Shown one piece after another: positions 19,570 to 28,682 of a stretch of DNA of 64,000 nt (positions are counted from its first letter, which is position 1; each line of letters opens with the position of its first letter). The stretch is from Pseudomonadota bacterium (GTDB taxonomy: Bacteria > Pseudomonadota > Gammaproteobacteria > JAKAQQ01): assembly GCA_027320085.1 (NCBI GenBank), contig DAHVLZ010000019.1:97172-161171 (forward strand), in the 5' to 3' direction. Both the position numbers and the translations under genes were made by a program. Under the pieces are notes generated by a model. It made no database searches. It was not told the DNA's origin and saw only the letters and a program-made list of their open reading frames with translations.

Positions 19570-19796
19570 ACTTTTGGCTCTCGCGAGCAGTTTCCGGAAG
19601 CGTCCCGATACGGGTCAGGCCGCTCACCTCGTACTCCCTGTGACCGACCGGCTGGCTGGAACTTCATTGGCTCGGCCAGAAGCTCGACCAAGGCCGACCG
19701 TGCGGCGGCGGTTTCCGAGTGCAGGACGTGGCGCAGATGCGCCGCGCGCTGGGTGATCAAACCCTCCATCGCTTGCCAATCCCACGGCAAAGCCAT
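19570..19796 (-). pseudogene. Probable C-terminal remnant of a large serine recombinase reading into tRNA-Glu
   Basis: ARSALVELLAEPMKFQP / frameshift / YEVSGLTRIG..KLASPTGFEPV; no catalytic domain visible. Confidence 0.45.
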
Positions 19797-20132
19797 GGCA
19801 ACCGCCCATTCGCCGGGGCAAAGCGCGGGAAGCGTGCGCTGATGGGTCCAAACACCGGGCGGGTTGCATCAATGGAGTTACTGGCGGAGTTGCCGAACGT
19901 CACAAATCGGCCAGGAGCCGTCACTCACGGATTGCGAACATCGGCGAAACAAACGTCGGCAGTACACTCAACAGTTGACGCCGCGAGGGCAAACCGACTT
20001 CACGCTGTTCAGCCACACGGGCTGTCGACAAAGACCGTCATTAGACAGCCTGTGACTCTTCCCTGACTTTCGGAAGGTCATCTTCCGGAAGCCTTCGGAG
20101 TAGTTCGCCGCGTAGGCACCGCGACCTGACCG

Positions 20133-21056
20133 TTAGCGCCAGGTCCCGCCATTCGGGTCCCATCGGCCTTTGGCGCCTTCCGGCAGCGCAAGGTTTGCGA
20201 TAACAGGGCCGAAGAAGCGCCGCAGCTCCGCTTGCAGGTCGATGAAGGACAGCGGTTGAAGGGTCGGTGGATTTCGGCGCAGGAAGCCACTCCAAAGGCC
20301 GCGCTCCTCAGCAATCTTCGCAAACCTTTCCGTAAGACCCACCGGCATTTCGCTCGGGATCGCAATCTCGCGGCGCCGAAGCGTTCCTGAGACGGCTTCA
20401 GCCAGGCTAGGTAGGTCGAACGGGAACGTGCGGGTCGTGACCCAAATATCATGAAAATCCTTGATCCTTCCGTTCGCCTCCCCGAAGCGGATCATCGCTT
20501 CGAACTTCTCAGCCACCACGGCTTCAGGCGGGTACATCAGGATATTCGCCGCGGATAGATCTGGCAGGAGGGCTGGGAAGGTCTGCCGCGTCGGTGGAGG
20601 GTAGACATAGTCGCCAAAACCGACGTCCACATGCACGGGAATGATTGCCTTGGCCAGTTCGCCCGTCAGGTTCAGCTGGGCGCCTTGGTACTTGTCGGCT
20701 TCGCGCACCGGCTCGACTCGCAGGCTTGCCGGGTCGAAGACAATGCCGTCGTCGGGGGCTTGGACCTGGCAGATGCGGGTAAAGAGTTCGGTGATGGCGG
20801 CAGGGTCAGAGTCGCCCTGGCCGAGCAAGTCGAGGTCACCGGTGGGCCGGAAGGCGTGCTCGGGCCAGGTGACGAACAGCATGGCGCCCTTGAGCACATA
20901 GTGCTCGGCAGCCTCCGTCTGACTGAGCCGATAGAGCAGGCGTTCGATAGCGTAGCGCGTCAAGACTCGCTGGTAGTCATCGCGATGCTCCTTGGCATGC
21001 TGGAGCAGCCGCGCCCTGATGGATGCCGCGGGATTCTTTAGAGTCTTGCCATTCAT
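20133..21056 (-). CDS. abiEii: AbiEii-family nucleotidyltransferase toxin (type IV TA)
   Basis: SIRARL, YAIERLLYRLS, LKGAML, RPTGDLDL, DVGFGD, VAEKFEA, RIKDFHD. Confidence 0.92.
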   Translation of the reverse strand: MNGKTLKNPAASIRARLLQHAKEHRDDYQRVLTRYAIERLLYRLSQTEAAEHYVLKGAMLFVTWPEHAFRPTGDLDLLGQGDSDPAAITELFTRICQVQAPDDGIVFDPASLRVEPVREADKYQGAQLNLTGELAKAIIPVHVDVGFGDYVYPPPTRQTFPALLPDLSAANILMYPPEAVVAEKFEAMIRFGEANGRIKDFHDIWVTTRTFPFDLPSLAEAVSGTLRRREIAIPSEMPVGLTERFAKIAEERGLWSGFLRRNPPTLQPLSFIDLQAELRRFFGPVIANLALPEGAKGRWDPNGGTWR

Positions 21057-21667
21057 TGCACCGCTTTGATATAGGGCGCGATCCGTTCGGTGACGCGATC
21101 GATGGCTGCGTACTTCATCAGCTCGCTCGGGGTAGTCTTTCTTTTGCGCAAGGCGTCCCGCAGCGCTTCGATGGCGACGTCCTCGCCAATATGGCGGCGA
21201 TGCTTGAAGCAATCCGCTACGGTTTTTGCGACACCGTAGATCGGCACGTCGACCCCCTCTATGCGGATGTGCTCGATGCCCGCAGTCAGGACCGCACCAG
21301 TGGCGCGAACAATCTCGAGCCGCGGATTCCGCACGTTCGGCGTCCTGGCTCCGTGAGGAATGGTCATCCAGACCGCGTGCGGCAGCTGAGTAGTCAGTTC
21401 GTGGTACCGAAGCGCACTGACGAGGCTGATCACGCCGTTCGGGGCGAGACGGGCGGCTTCAGCCAGGTCATGAGCAACGTCCTCGCCCACGCGTTCCGGG
21501 TCTTGGTAGAGGCCGCGGCCAAGCTGGACAAGGTCGCCGGCGTCGGTCAGGCGCTTCAGGTAGACCAGAGGGATGCCCGCCGCTTTGAAATCGCGTGCGC
21601 GCGCAATTCCCCTGTCATGGATGAGGCGGAGCGCGCGTTCGCGATAAGTTATATGACGTTCAGCCAT
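21053..21667 (-). CDS. abiEi: AbiEi-family antitoxin
   Basis: LVQLGRGLY, VISLVSALRYHELTTQLP, KTVADCFKHRRHIG; ATGA overlap with the toxin. Confidence 0.92.
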   Translation of the reverse strand: MAERHITYRERALRLIHDRGIARARDFKAAGIPLVYLKRLTDAGDLVQLGRGLYQDPERVGEDVAHDLAEAARLAPNGVISLVSALRYHELTTQLPHAVWMTIPHGARTPNVRNPRLEIVRATGAVLTAGIEHIRIEGVDVPIYGVAKTVADCFKHRRHIGEDVAIEALRDALRKRKTTPSELMKYAAIDRVTERIAPYIKAVQ

Positions 21668-21751
21668 TGTGTTATCTATTGTAGTCAATAATATACATCA
21701 ATCAACATAAAGTAACAGTTGATAAATTACAGGTGAGATCATATAATTTTT

Positions 21752-24700
21752 ATGATCATGGATCAAGCTACCTCAATCGACGATCTTACGCCCAAACATG
21801 TCCGAGCCGCACGGGCACTCCTGGCCTGGTCCCAGCAGGATCTCGCCAAGGCGGCGGGCGTGGCGACTTCGACAGTCGCTGACTTTGAAAGGGGTAAGAG
21901 AACCCCAGTTGCCAACAACGCCCAAGCCATTCGCAGCGCCCTCGAGGGCGCCGGCATCCGCTTCCTGCCCACGGGGGCAGTGATTGGACCGGCCATTCCG
22001 AGCATCGTGCCGAGCGAGCGTCCTGGCACGCCGATTCGATGGGTGGATGCGGAAAATCTTTCAGACTGGGCGAACCGCAACGATGGCGCCGTAAGCCTGC
22101 CGACCCTCATCGCTCATCTTATTCGCGCCACCCACGGTCCGGCCGTCCAGCTCCGCTTTCCCGCCGACGGGGGTGTGCGGCACCCGGGCTGGGACGGCCA
22201 CACCTCGACCGAGACCGGAAGCACCTACGTGCCGCAGGGTGAAACCGGCTGGGAGATCAGCAGCCAGCGCAGCAACATAGCGCAGAAGGCGATAGAGGAT
22301 TACCGCAAGCGCACGGCGGCGCCTGCGCCGCTCGTCCCCGCCCACGCCGCCTTTGTCTTCGTCACCCCCCGCCATTGGCCCAAGAAAGACGAGTGGGCAA
22401 AGGCCCGCCGCGATGAAGGTGTCTGGCGAGAGGTCCGTGCCTACGACGCTGACGACCTCGTCCACTGGATCGAGCAGACACCCGCAGTCGGACTTTGGCT
22501 GGCCACTCGCCTTGGTAAGCGGCCCGCTGGGATTCGCGAACTCGACAATATCTGGGAAGAGTGGTCGTGTGCAACCCAGTGGCCCCTCACGCCCGAACTG
22601 GTCCTCAGCGATCGGGACCAGGACGCAACGGCAGTGCTGCAGTGGCTACGCGGCGAGCCGTCCGTCTTCTCCCTCCGAGCGACCACGACGGATGAGGTGA
22701 TCGCGTTTTTCCACGCCACCCTCAGCATGCTGCCGGACGACATGGCGGCCGCCTATCGGGCCCATTGCCTCGTGGCGACCACGACTGCGGGCGCCCGGGC
22801 GCTGGCTAACGCGCCAGCGCCCCTGATTCTCCTTCTGACCGAACCCGAGCCCGGTCTGGCACGGACGCTCGTGGAACGGGGTCACTATGTGCTGCAGGCC
22901 TATGACGAGCGGCCGGTCGCGCGCGGCGAAGTCCGCACCCTCGCACGGGCATCACGCGAAGGGATCGCCAGGGCGCTGATCGCGGCCGGAATCGCCAAGC
23001 CTCGGGCTGAGGCGCTCGCGCGCGACAGTGCCCGCAATCTTACGGTCCTCCGCCGCCTCATCCCCGGCGCGCCGGGGCGCCTTCCTCGCTGGGCGCAAGA
23101 CCCCCCCCCCCACGCCTTGCTGGCGGCACTGCTGGCAGGTGGTTGGGACGAGAACATGGAGGTTGATCGGGCTCTACTCGCCGCGATTGCCGACCAGCCG
23201 TATGAAACCGTCATCACCGTCCTGGCGCCGTACGTCGGCGATTTCGACGCCCCGCTGCAGAAGATCGGCTCGACATGGCGCATCGCGTCGCCAGCGGACG
23301 CGTGGTTCCTGCTCGCGCCGTACCTGACGAGCGCCGACCTAACGCGTTTCGAGGCCGCGGCGCACACCGTGCTCGGCTCGGCGGACCCGCGTTACGAGAT
23401 GGACCCCAAGGAGCGCTGGATGGCAGCGGTGCGCGACATCCGGCCGGCGTATTCGGGGCTGCTGCGTCACGGAATCGGGCAGGTGCTGATCCTGCTCTCG
23501 CTGTGGGGCGACAGGGTCCGTACCGTGCCCGACGCCGCGCGGCGCGCCGACGCCATCGTCGACAAGCTGCTCCGCAAGGCCGACGCACAACGGTGGTGGT
23601 CGCTCTCCCGGGATTTTCGACTGCTCGCCGAGGCCTCGCCCGGGGCCTTCCTGGGTGCCATCGAAGACAGCCTCGATGAGGACGATCCGCCCATCCACGC
23701 CCTGTTTGGCGCCGACGAGGGGGGCGTGTTCGAGACCGAACACCTCTCAGACCTGCTTTGGGCGCTGGAGTCCCTGGCCTGGTCGCCGGAACTGATGCCT
23801 CGGGTGACCCATGTCCTCGCACGGCTCGACGCCATCGATCGCCCGCCTGGGCGGAACGGGAATCGGCCGGCGAACAGTCTCCGCACAATTCACCTGCTTT
23901 GGTACCCCCAGACCTATGCAACGCTTGACCACCGACTTCAGGCTCTCGACCTGATTCGTAAGCATGAACCCGATGCTGCGTGGAAGCTGATGCTCCGTCT
24001 CCTGCCGAAAGGGCCCGATACCGCGAGCCCGACCCCCATGCCGCTGTGGCGTGACTTCCCGATCGGCAACGTCGAAGACGTCACCTGGGGTCTCGTTGGG
24101 CACGGGGCCACCGCCATCACCGAACGGCTCGTCGCCGACGTGGGTGTGAACGCAGAACGCTGGTTGCAGCTGCTCGATCACCTGGCCGCTCTGGCTCCGG
24201 ATTCCCAGGCTGGAATCGCAGCGCTCGAGGCGGCTGCGCCGAAGATTACGGACAAGGCCGATCGCGACCGGCTCTGGACGAGTCTGCGGCGCGTGCTGCA
24301 CCACCATCACCACCACCGACGGTTCCCGGGCGCCAAATGGTCCATACCGACCGAGTTGCTGGATCGGCTGGAAGCGATCTACGAGCGCTTCGCGCCCTCG
24401 GATCTGCTTGAGCGCACGGCCTGGCTCTTCGAGCAATCCGCAGTACTACCCGAACCTTCGACAGCGGGCTGGGAGGCGCAGGTGCACGACATCGACGCTG
24501 CCAGACAGGAGGCGGCACGAATGTTGTTCTCCGAAGGCGGCGCGACATCCATCCTGGCGCTCGCGCGTCTCGTCGACGCGGCCGGGCACATCGGCAAGGC
24601 GCTCTACAACAGCGGACTTTCGGAGTCCGGCCTCGATTCGCTCCTCGAGGCGGCGCTGCGGAGCAACAACGATCATGAACGGGACGTCGCCCATGGCCTG

Positions 24701-25834
24701 ATCATCTCCGTCTTCCGCGATCGAAAGGAGCCCTGGGCGGCGACCTTGATTGCCAAGGCCAAGAAAGAGGCGTGGGGTGACACCGCGCTTGTGACTATCC
24801 TGCGTGCGCTCCCCGTTCAACGCTGGACTTGGGACCAGGCTACCCAACTCGGTACAGTAATTGAAGATACCTACTGGCGCCATGTGTCTATGTTTTGGGA
24901 AAGCGAGGACAGCGAGGACATCGCCTTCGCCATCCGCAAGCTGATCTCTGTAGGCCGCGCGCGCCATGCCCTACAGCTGACAGGACAGGACAGTAAGGCC
25001 CAGCTACCGTCAGACCTGCTCGTCGATGTGCTGCGGGAGGCCGTGCGCCAGCCGTCCAAGAGTGACGGTACCATGAACGACGCAACCATGTTTCAGCACT
25101 ACGTTACCAAGACACTTCAGATCCTGGATGAGCGCAGTAACGTAAGCAGGGACATTCTGGCCGAGCTCGAGTGGATCTATCTGCGAGTTCTGGAGCATTC
25201 ACACCGACCGGCCAAGGTGCTGCTGGAGGCCCTTTCGGAGCGGCCCGCGCTATTCATCCAGGTGCTCAGCGCGGTATTCAAGGCGAGCGAAGAAGGCGTC
25301 GTCGATGTCGAACCCGAGAACCCCGAGAACCCCGAGCACACCCGTACTGTCGCCAAACAGGCGTATCGGCTGCTGGAACTCTGGAACCGCCTTCCTGGCA
25401 CTCGTGACGACGGCACCCTTGACGGCCAGGTTCTGGAGGCTTGGATCAAGGCGGCTCGGTCACGCGCCAAAACGGCGGGGCGGGAAGAGATCGCCGACAG
25501 CCGGATTGGGCACATGCTGTCGGCCTCACCGGTCGGGGCGGACGGCAACTGGCCGGCCGAAGCAGTGCGCGACGTGCTCGACCTGTTTCGCAGTAAGCCG
25601 ATGATCGAAGGCTTTTGCATCGGGAAAAGAGAACGGGGTGGCGTCACCGCGCGGATGCCGTGCGACGGGGGGAATCTCGAACGCCAGGAGGCTGCGAAGT
25701 ACCGCAACTGGGCGGAGGCCATCGCCTACGAACATCCACATACTTCAAAGGCCCTCGACACCCTGGCGGACAGCTACGAAAACGAAGCGCGCTCCCACGA
25801 CGAAGATGCCGAGCGCCGGGACTGGTGGTATTAG
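21752..25834 (+). CDS. 1360-aa protein: XRE-family HTH + restriction-endonuclease-like domain + long helical region
   Basis: VRAARALLAWSQQDLAKAAGVATSTVADFERG; GWDG..GWEIS..KAIEDYRKRT..FVFVTPRHW; one intact frame. Confidence 0.8.
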   Translation: MIMDQATSIDDLTPKHVRAARALLAWSQQDLAKAAGVATSTVADFERGKRTPVANNAQAIRSALEGAGIRFLPTGAVIGPAIPSIVPSERPGTPIRWVDAENLSDWANRNDGAVSLPTLIAHLIRATHGPAVQLRFPADGGVRHPGWDGHTSTETGSTYVPQGETGWEISSQRSNIAQKAIEDYRKRTAAPAPLVPAHAAFVFVTPRHWPKKDEWAKARRDEGVWREVRAYDADDLVHWIEQTPAVGLWLATRLGKRPAGIRELDNIWEEWSCATQWPLTPELVLSDRDQDATAVLQWLRGEPSVFSLRATTTDEVIAFFHATLSMLPDDMAAAYRAHCLVATTTAGARALANAPAPLILLLTEPEPGLARTLVERGHYVLQAYDERPVARGEVRTLARASREGIARALIAAGIAKPRAEALARDSARNLTVLRRLIPGAPGRLPRWAQDPPPHALLAALLAGGWDENMEVDRALLAAIADQPYETVITVLAPYVGDFDAPLQKIGSTWRIASPADAWFLLAPYLTSADLTRFEAAAHTVLGSADPRYEMDPKERWMAAVRDIRPAYSGLLRHGIGQVLILLSLWGDRVRTVPDAARRADAIVDKLLRKADAQRWWSLSRDFRLLAEASPGAFLGAIEDSLDEDDPPIHALFGADEGGVFETEHLSDLLWALESLAWSPELMPRVTHVLARLDAIDRPPGRNGNRPANSLRTIHLLWYPQTYATLDHRLQALDLIRKHEPDAAWKLMLRLLPKGPDTASPTPMPLWRDFPIGNVEDVTWGLVGHGATAITERLVADVGVNAERWLQLLDHLAALAPDSQAGIAALEAAAPKITDKADRDRLWTSLRRVLHHHHHHRRFPGAKWSIPTELLDRLEAIYERFAPSDLLERTAWLFEQSAVLPEPSTAGWEAQVHDIDAARQEAARMLFSEGGATSILALARLVDAAGHIGKALYNSGLSESGLDSLLEAALRSNNDHERDVAHGLIISVFRDRKEPWAATLIAKAKKEAWGDTALVTILRALPVQRWTWDQATQLGTVIEDTYWRHVSMFWESEDSEDIAFAIRKLISVGRARHALQLTGQDSKAQLPSDLLVDVLREAVRQPSKSDGTMNDATMFQHYVTKTLQILDERSNVSRDILAELEWIYLRVLEHSHRPAKVLLEALSERPALFIQVLSAVFKASEEGVVDVEPENPENPEHTRTVAKQAYRLLELWNRLPGTRDDGTLDGQVLEAWIKAARSRAKTAGREEIADSRIGHMLSASPVGADGNWPAEAVRDVLDLFRSKPMIEGFCIGKRERGGVTARMPCDGGNLERQEAAKYRNWAEAIAYEHPHTSKALDTLADSYENEARSHDEDAERRDWWY

Positions 25835-26145
25835 AGATCGGCGACGGCAGCAGGAATACCGCTCTGGCGAGGGGGTCGACGTCCTGTCGCAGCAGGCGCC
25901 ACTGATCGATCCTACAGTCTGCGGTCGGTCCCTGATCACCCTCCACCCTGCCGCGCTTTGTGGCTCCTGCAGACGCGCGACTGTAGCGGCGCGCTATGAT
26001 CGTTGGTCGGGCAGGTGTCAGCCCGATGAAGATGTCGCTCTTAATGGGTCAGGGAACCCGACGCGCCATATTCGGGTGCGAGAACCATCCTGACGGATAA
26101 TAAGGTTTACACATATCAATGTGTGTGATCAAAAGGGAGATCAAC

Positions 26146-26985
26146 ATGCTTCCACGTCGCCGGTTCGTGTTGTGTTGCTTGATGATGCTCATGTGGCATT
26201 CTGCCCGAGCAGGATCAACTCCCGGACCCTCTCCCCTCATTTGGCTTTTCGCAGGAAGTGGCGTTTCCCGTCTGGCTGAGGCTCACGGGGGACGGGCTTT
26301 GCTGCGGGGTGTGCTGAACCGGCCGGAGACCTGGGTGATGGGCCACACCCCGGATGTGCCACCGCGTGCGATGCGGGTGGGGGGGGCTTCTCGTCTGTAC
26401 GGTTTCCACCACGCGGTGGAGTCGCCAGTCCCTGCTGTCGTCCTGGACATCGAGAACTGGCCCATGACACCACCGGCGGAAAAAGAACATCCCGTGGCCA
26501 CTTATGCCAAGGCGGCCCGGATCGCTGCCGCCCATCACAAAATGCTGATCGCAACCCCGGCCATGGATCTGGTGCGGGCTGTGGACCCCGCGTCGCGGGG
26601 TCCTCTCTACCGCCGCTTTCTTGAATTGCGTCTGGCCGCTCGGATTGCGCCCTATGCCGAGGTCTACGAGATCCAGGCGCAAGGGATCGAGAATGAGCCA
26701 CGCCGTTACCTGGCGGTGGTCCGTGCGATTGCCCGGCAGGTGCGATCGATTCATCCGCAGGTGAGGATTCTGGCAGGACTGAGCACGGGTCCTTCGGGGC
26801 AGAGGACGAGTGCCCTCACGTTATATCGGGACGTGGTGGAGACCCGGGACATTGTCTCCGGTTACTGGCTCAACATCCCCGGTCATAGTCGCGGGTGTCC
26901 CCGTTGCACCACGCCACACCCGGAGATCGCGGTACGCCTTTTGCATCGCCTGGTGAGGTCCCGTCAGGGATTTTTGACGCGGTGA
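26146..26985 (+). CDS. Exported hypothetical protein, possibly a TIM-barrel hydrolase
   Basis: GGGAG RBS, signal peptide ending SARA; VVLDIENWP..TP, YEIQAQ, LAGLST, GYWLNIP. Confidence 0.65.
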   Translation: MLPRRRFVLCCLMMLMWHSARAGSTPGPSPLIWLFAGSGVSRLAEAHGGRALLRGVLNRPETWVMGHTPDVPPRAMRVGGASRLYGFHHAVESPVPAVVLDIENWPMTPPAEKEHPVATYAKAARIAAAHHKMLIATPAMDLVRAVDPASRGPLYRRFLELRLAARIAPYAEVYEIQAQGIENEPRRYLAVVRAIARQVRSIHPQVRILAGLSTGPSGQRTSALTLYRDVVETRDIVSGYWLNIPGHSRGCPRCTTPHPEIAVRLLHRLVRSRQGFLTR

Positions 26986-27142
26986 CCCTGCCTTTTGATG
27001 ATCCAAACAATGACAACCCGTCTCAGTCAGTCAATGGAGCAATACGCGCTGACCGATCAAAATGAAGTTCCGGACAGGACGGATACCGGGATTGTTCTCT
27101 CATCTCGATTAAACTAAAGGTTCTTCATTGACTGGGGTCATC

Positions 27143-27904
27143 ATGCCGGGAAAAACCATTCTTGCGGTTATCGGAGGCACGGGCGCGGGTGCACTGGAGG
27201 ATTTTGTAGAGGAACGACGGGACGAAATCTCGACTCCGTGGGGATCGCCCTCCGCCCCGCTTCGCTGGGGCCGTCTTTTCGGTGCCGAGATCGTGTTCCT
27301 GGCACGCCACGGGGACGGCCATGCACTGGCTCCCCACCAGATCAACTACCGGGCCAATCTCTGGGCGATCGATTCGGTGGGGGCCCGCTCCGTGGTTGCG
27401 CTCGCGGCCGTCGGTGGAATCTCGCCTCGCATGGAGCCCGGATCGGTGGTGATCCCGGACCAGTTGATCGACTATACCTATGGGCGTGCCCAGACCTTTT
27501 TTGATGGGGAGGAGGATCCGGTCAAGCACATCGATTTCACCGACCCCTATGATCCCGGGATGCGCAAATGGCTGTGTGACGGGGCCCGCCAGGCGGGTGT
27601 GCCCCGGATCGAGCAGGCCACCTACGGGGTGACCCAGGGGCCACGCCTGGAGACCCGAAAGGAAATCAGCAAGATGGAGCAGGACGGCTGCGATATCGTC
27701 GGCATGACGTCCATGCCCGAAGCTGCCCTGGCGCGTGAGCTGGGTCTCGCCTACGCCTGTTGTGCCCTGGTCAGTAACTGGGCGGCCGGCAAGGGAAGCC
27801 GACCCATCCACGACGAACTTGAAGAATCCCTGAGGCAGGCGATTTCGCGGATGCGGCTCACCCTGGAGGCGGCCTTGGCAAGGCCGTTACCGGAACGGCC
27901 TTGA
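27143..27904 (+). CDS. S-methyl-5'-thioinosine/thioadenosine phosphorylase
   Basis: AVIGGTG, FLARHG, PHQINYRAN, GPRLET, VGMTSMPEA, VSNWAAG. Confidence 0.92.
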   Translation: MPGKTILAVIGGTGAGALEDFVEERRDEISTPWGSPSAPLRWGRLFGAEIVFLARHGDGHALAPHQINYRANLWAIDSVGARSVVALAAVGGISPRMEPGSVVIPDQLIDYTYGRAQTFFDGEEDPVKHIDFTDPYDPGMRKWLCDGARQAGVPRIEQATYGVTQGPRLETRKEISKMEQDGCDIVGMTSMPEAALARELGLAYACCALVSNWAAGKGSRPIHDELEESLRQAISRMRLTLEAALARPLPERP

Positions 27905-28682
27905 CATAAACCAGAACCCCGTAGGCCGGGTTGTCGAAATAGTTGATCCGCCCGGGACGGACCTGGTTGGCTTGGTGGATGGGGTAGACATTGAGGATCC
28001 ATCGTGAAGACGGGTGCCGGGTCGGTTGTTGGCCCGCACCTGGCCGCTTCTTTGGGGTGGGGGCTGGTTTTCTTTCGACAAGAGCGGTATGGATCGCAAT
28101 GTAGACGTGGCGTTGGACGGTGATTTTGACGGTACCGTAAACCGTGGGCTTCCGGGGGGGCGTGGACAGCCTGCCCCGGGCCGGTACCGAAGTGCCCTTC
28201 CGGTGGGTGTGGATGGTCCCTCCGGAAACGGGGGGTTTTTCCTCCCGCCCGGGGTTGAGGGCGACGGGAATCGCCGAATCGAAATTGAGGGGAGGCTGGA
28301 TCCAGGCCACCTTGAGCATGGGGGCGTAAAGGGCAGCGGCCCGGAGAGTGGCCCAGACGCGTTGCATGCGGGGTCCGAGAGAGGCCGGCCGGAAGGCGCT
28401 CACGCCTCTCTTGGATAGATGGAGGCCTTCCTGGATGAGTGCCTTGGGCAGACGATGGGACCACCGTTCATGGGCACCGGCATCGGGATCCAGGGTGCGA
28501 AACACAATGACCTGGACCCATTGATCCGGCGCAGGGACGGAGGGTGGCTGGGCCCGGGCGGCGCCCGCGGTCACCCCGGCCAGGAGGGCGAAGAGCGTGG
28601 GCAGGACGGAGTGCTTTGCGGTCAAGGTGGAGGCCTCATGGGGTTGCGGGCGAGCCTCCGAGTATTGTAAGGATTTCGTCAA
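27858..28682 (-). CDS. CsiV-like periplasmic protein
   Basis: Signal-like segment, VQVIVF, VAWIQP, GTVKITVQRHV, RPGRINYFDNPAYGVLV; downstream of mfd; start uncertain. Confidence 0.7.
   Translation of the reverse strand: MTKSLQYSEARPQPHEASTLTAKHSVLPTLFALLAGVTAGAARAQPPSVPAPDQWVQVIVFRTLDPDAGAHERWSHRLPKALIQEGLHLSKRGVSAFRPASLGPRMQRVWATLRAAALYAPMLKVAWIQPPLNFDSAIPVALNPGREEKPPVSGGTIHTHRKGTSVPARGRLSTPPRKPTVYGTVKITVQRHVYIAIHTALVERKPAPTPKKRPGAGQQPTRHPSSRWILNVYPIHQANQVRPGRINYFDNPAYGVLVYVKAVPVTALPRPPPG

Noticed and set aside
24299-24316. His6 tract as an engineered tag
   Set aside because: Internal to a natural ORF; a CAC slippage expansion is the simpler explanation and no vector sequence is nearby.
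25835-27127. Distal att repeat for the tRNA-Glu island
   Set aside because: No convincing copy of the tRNA-Glu 3' end was found by eye, so the island's right boundary is left undefined.
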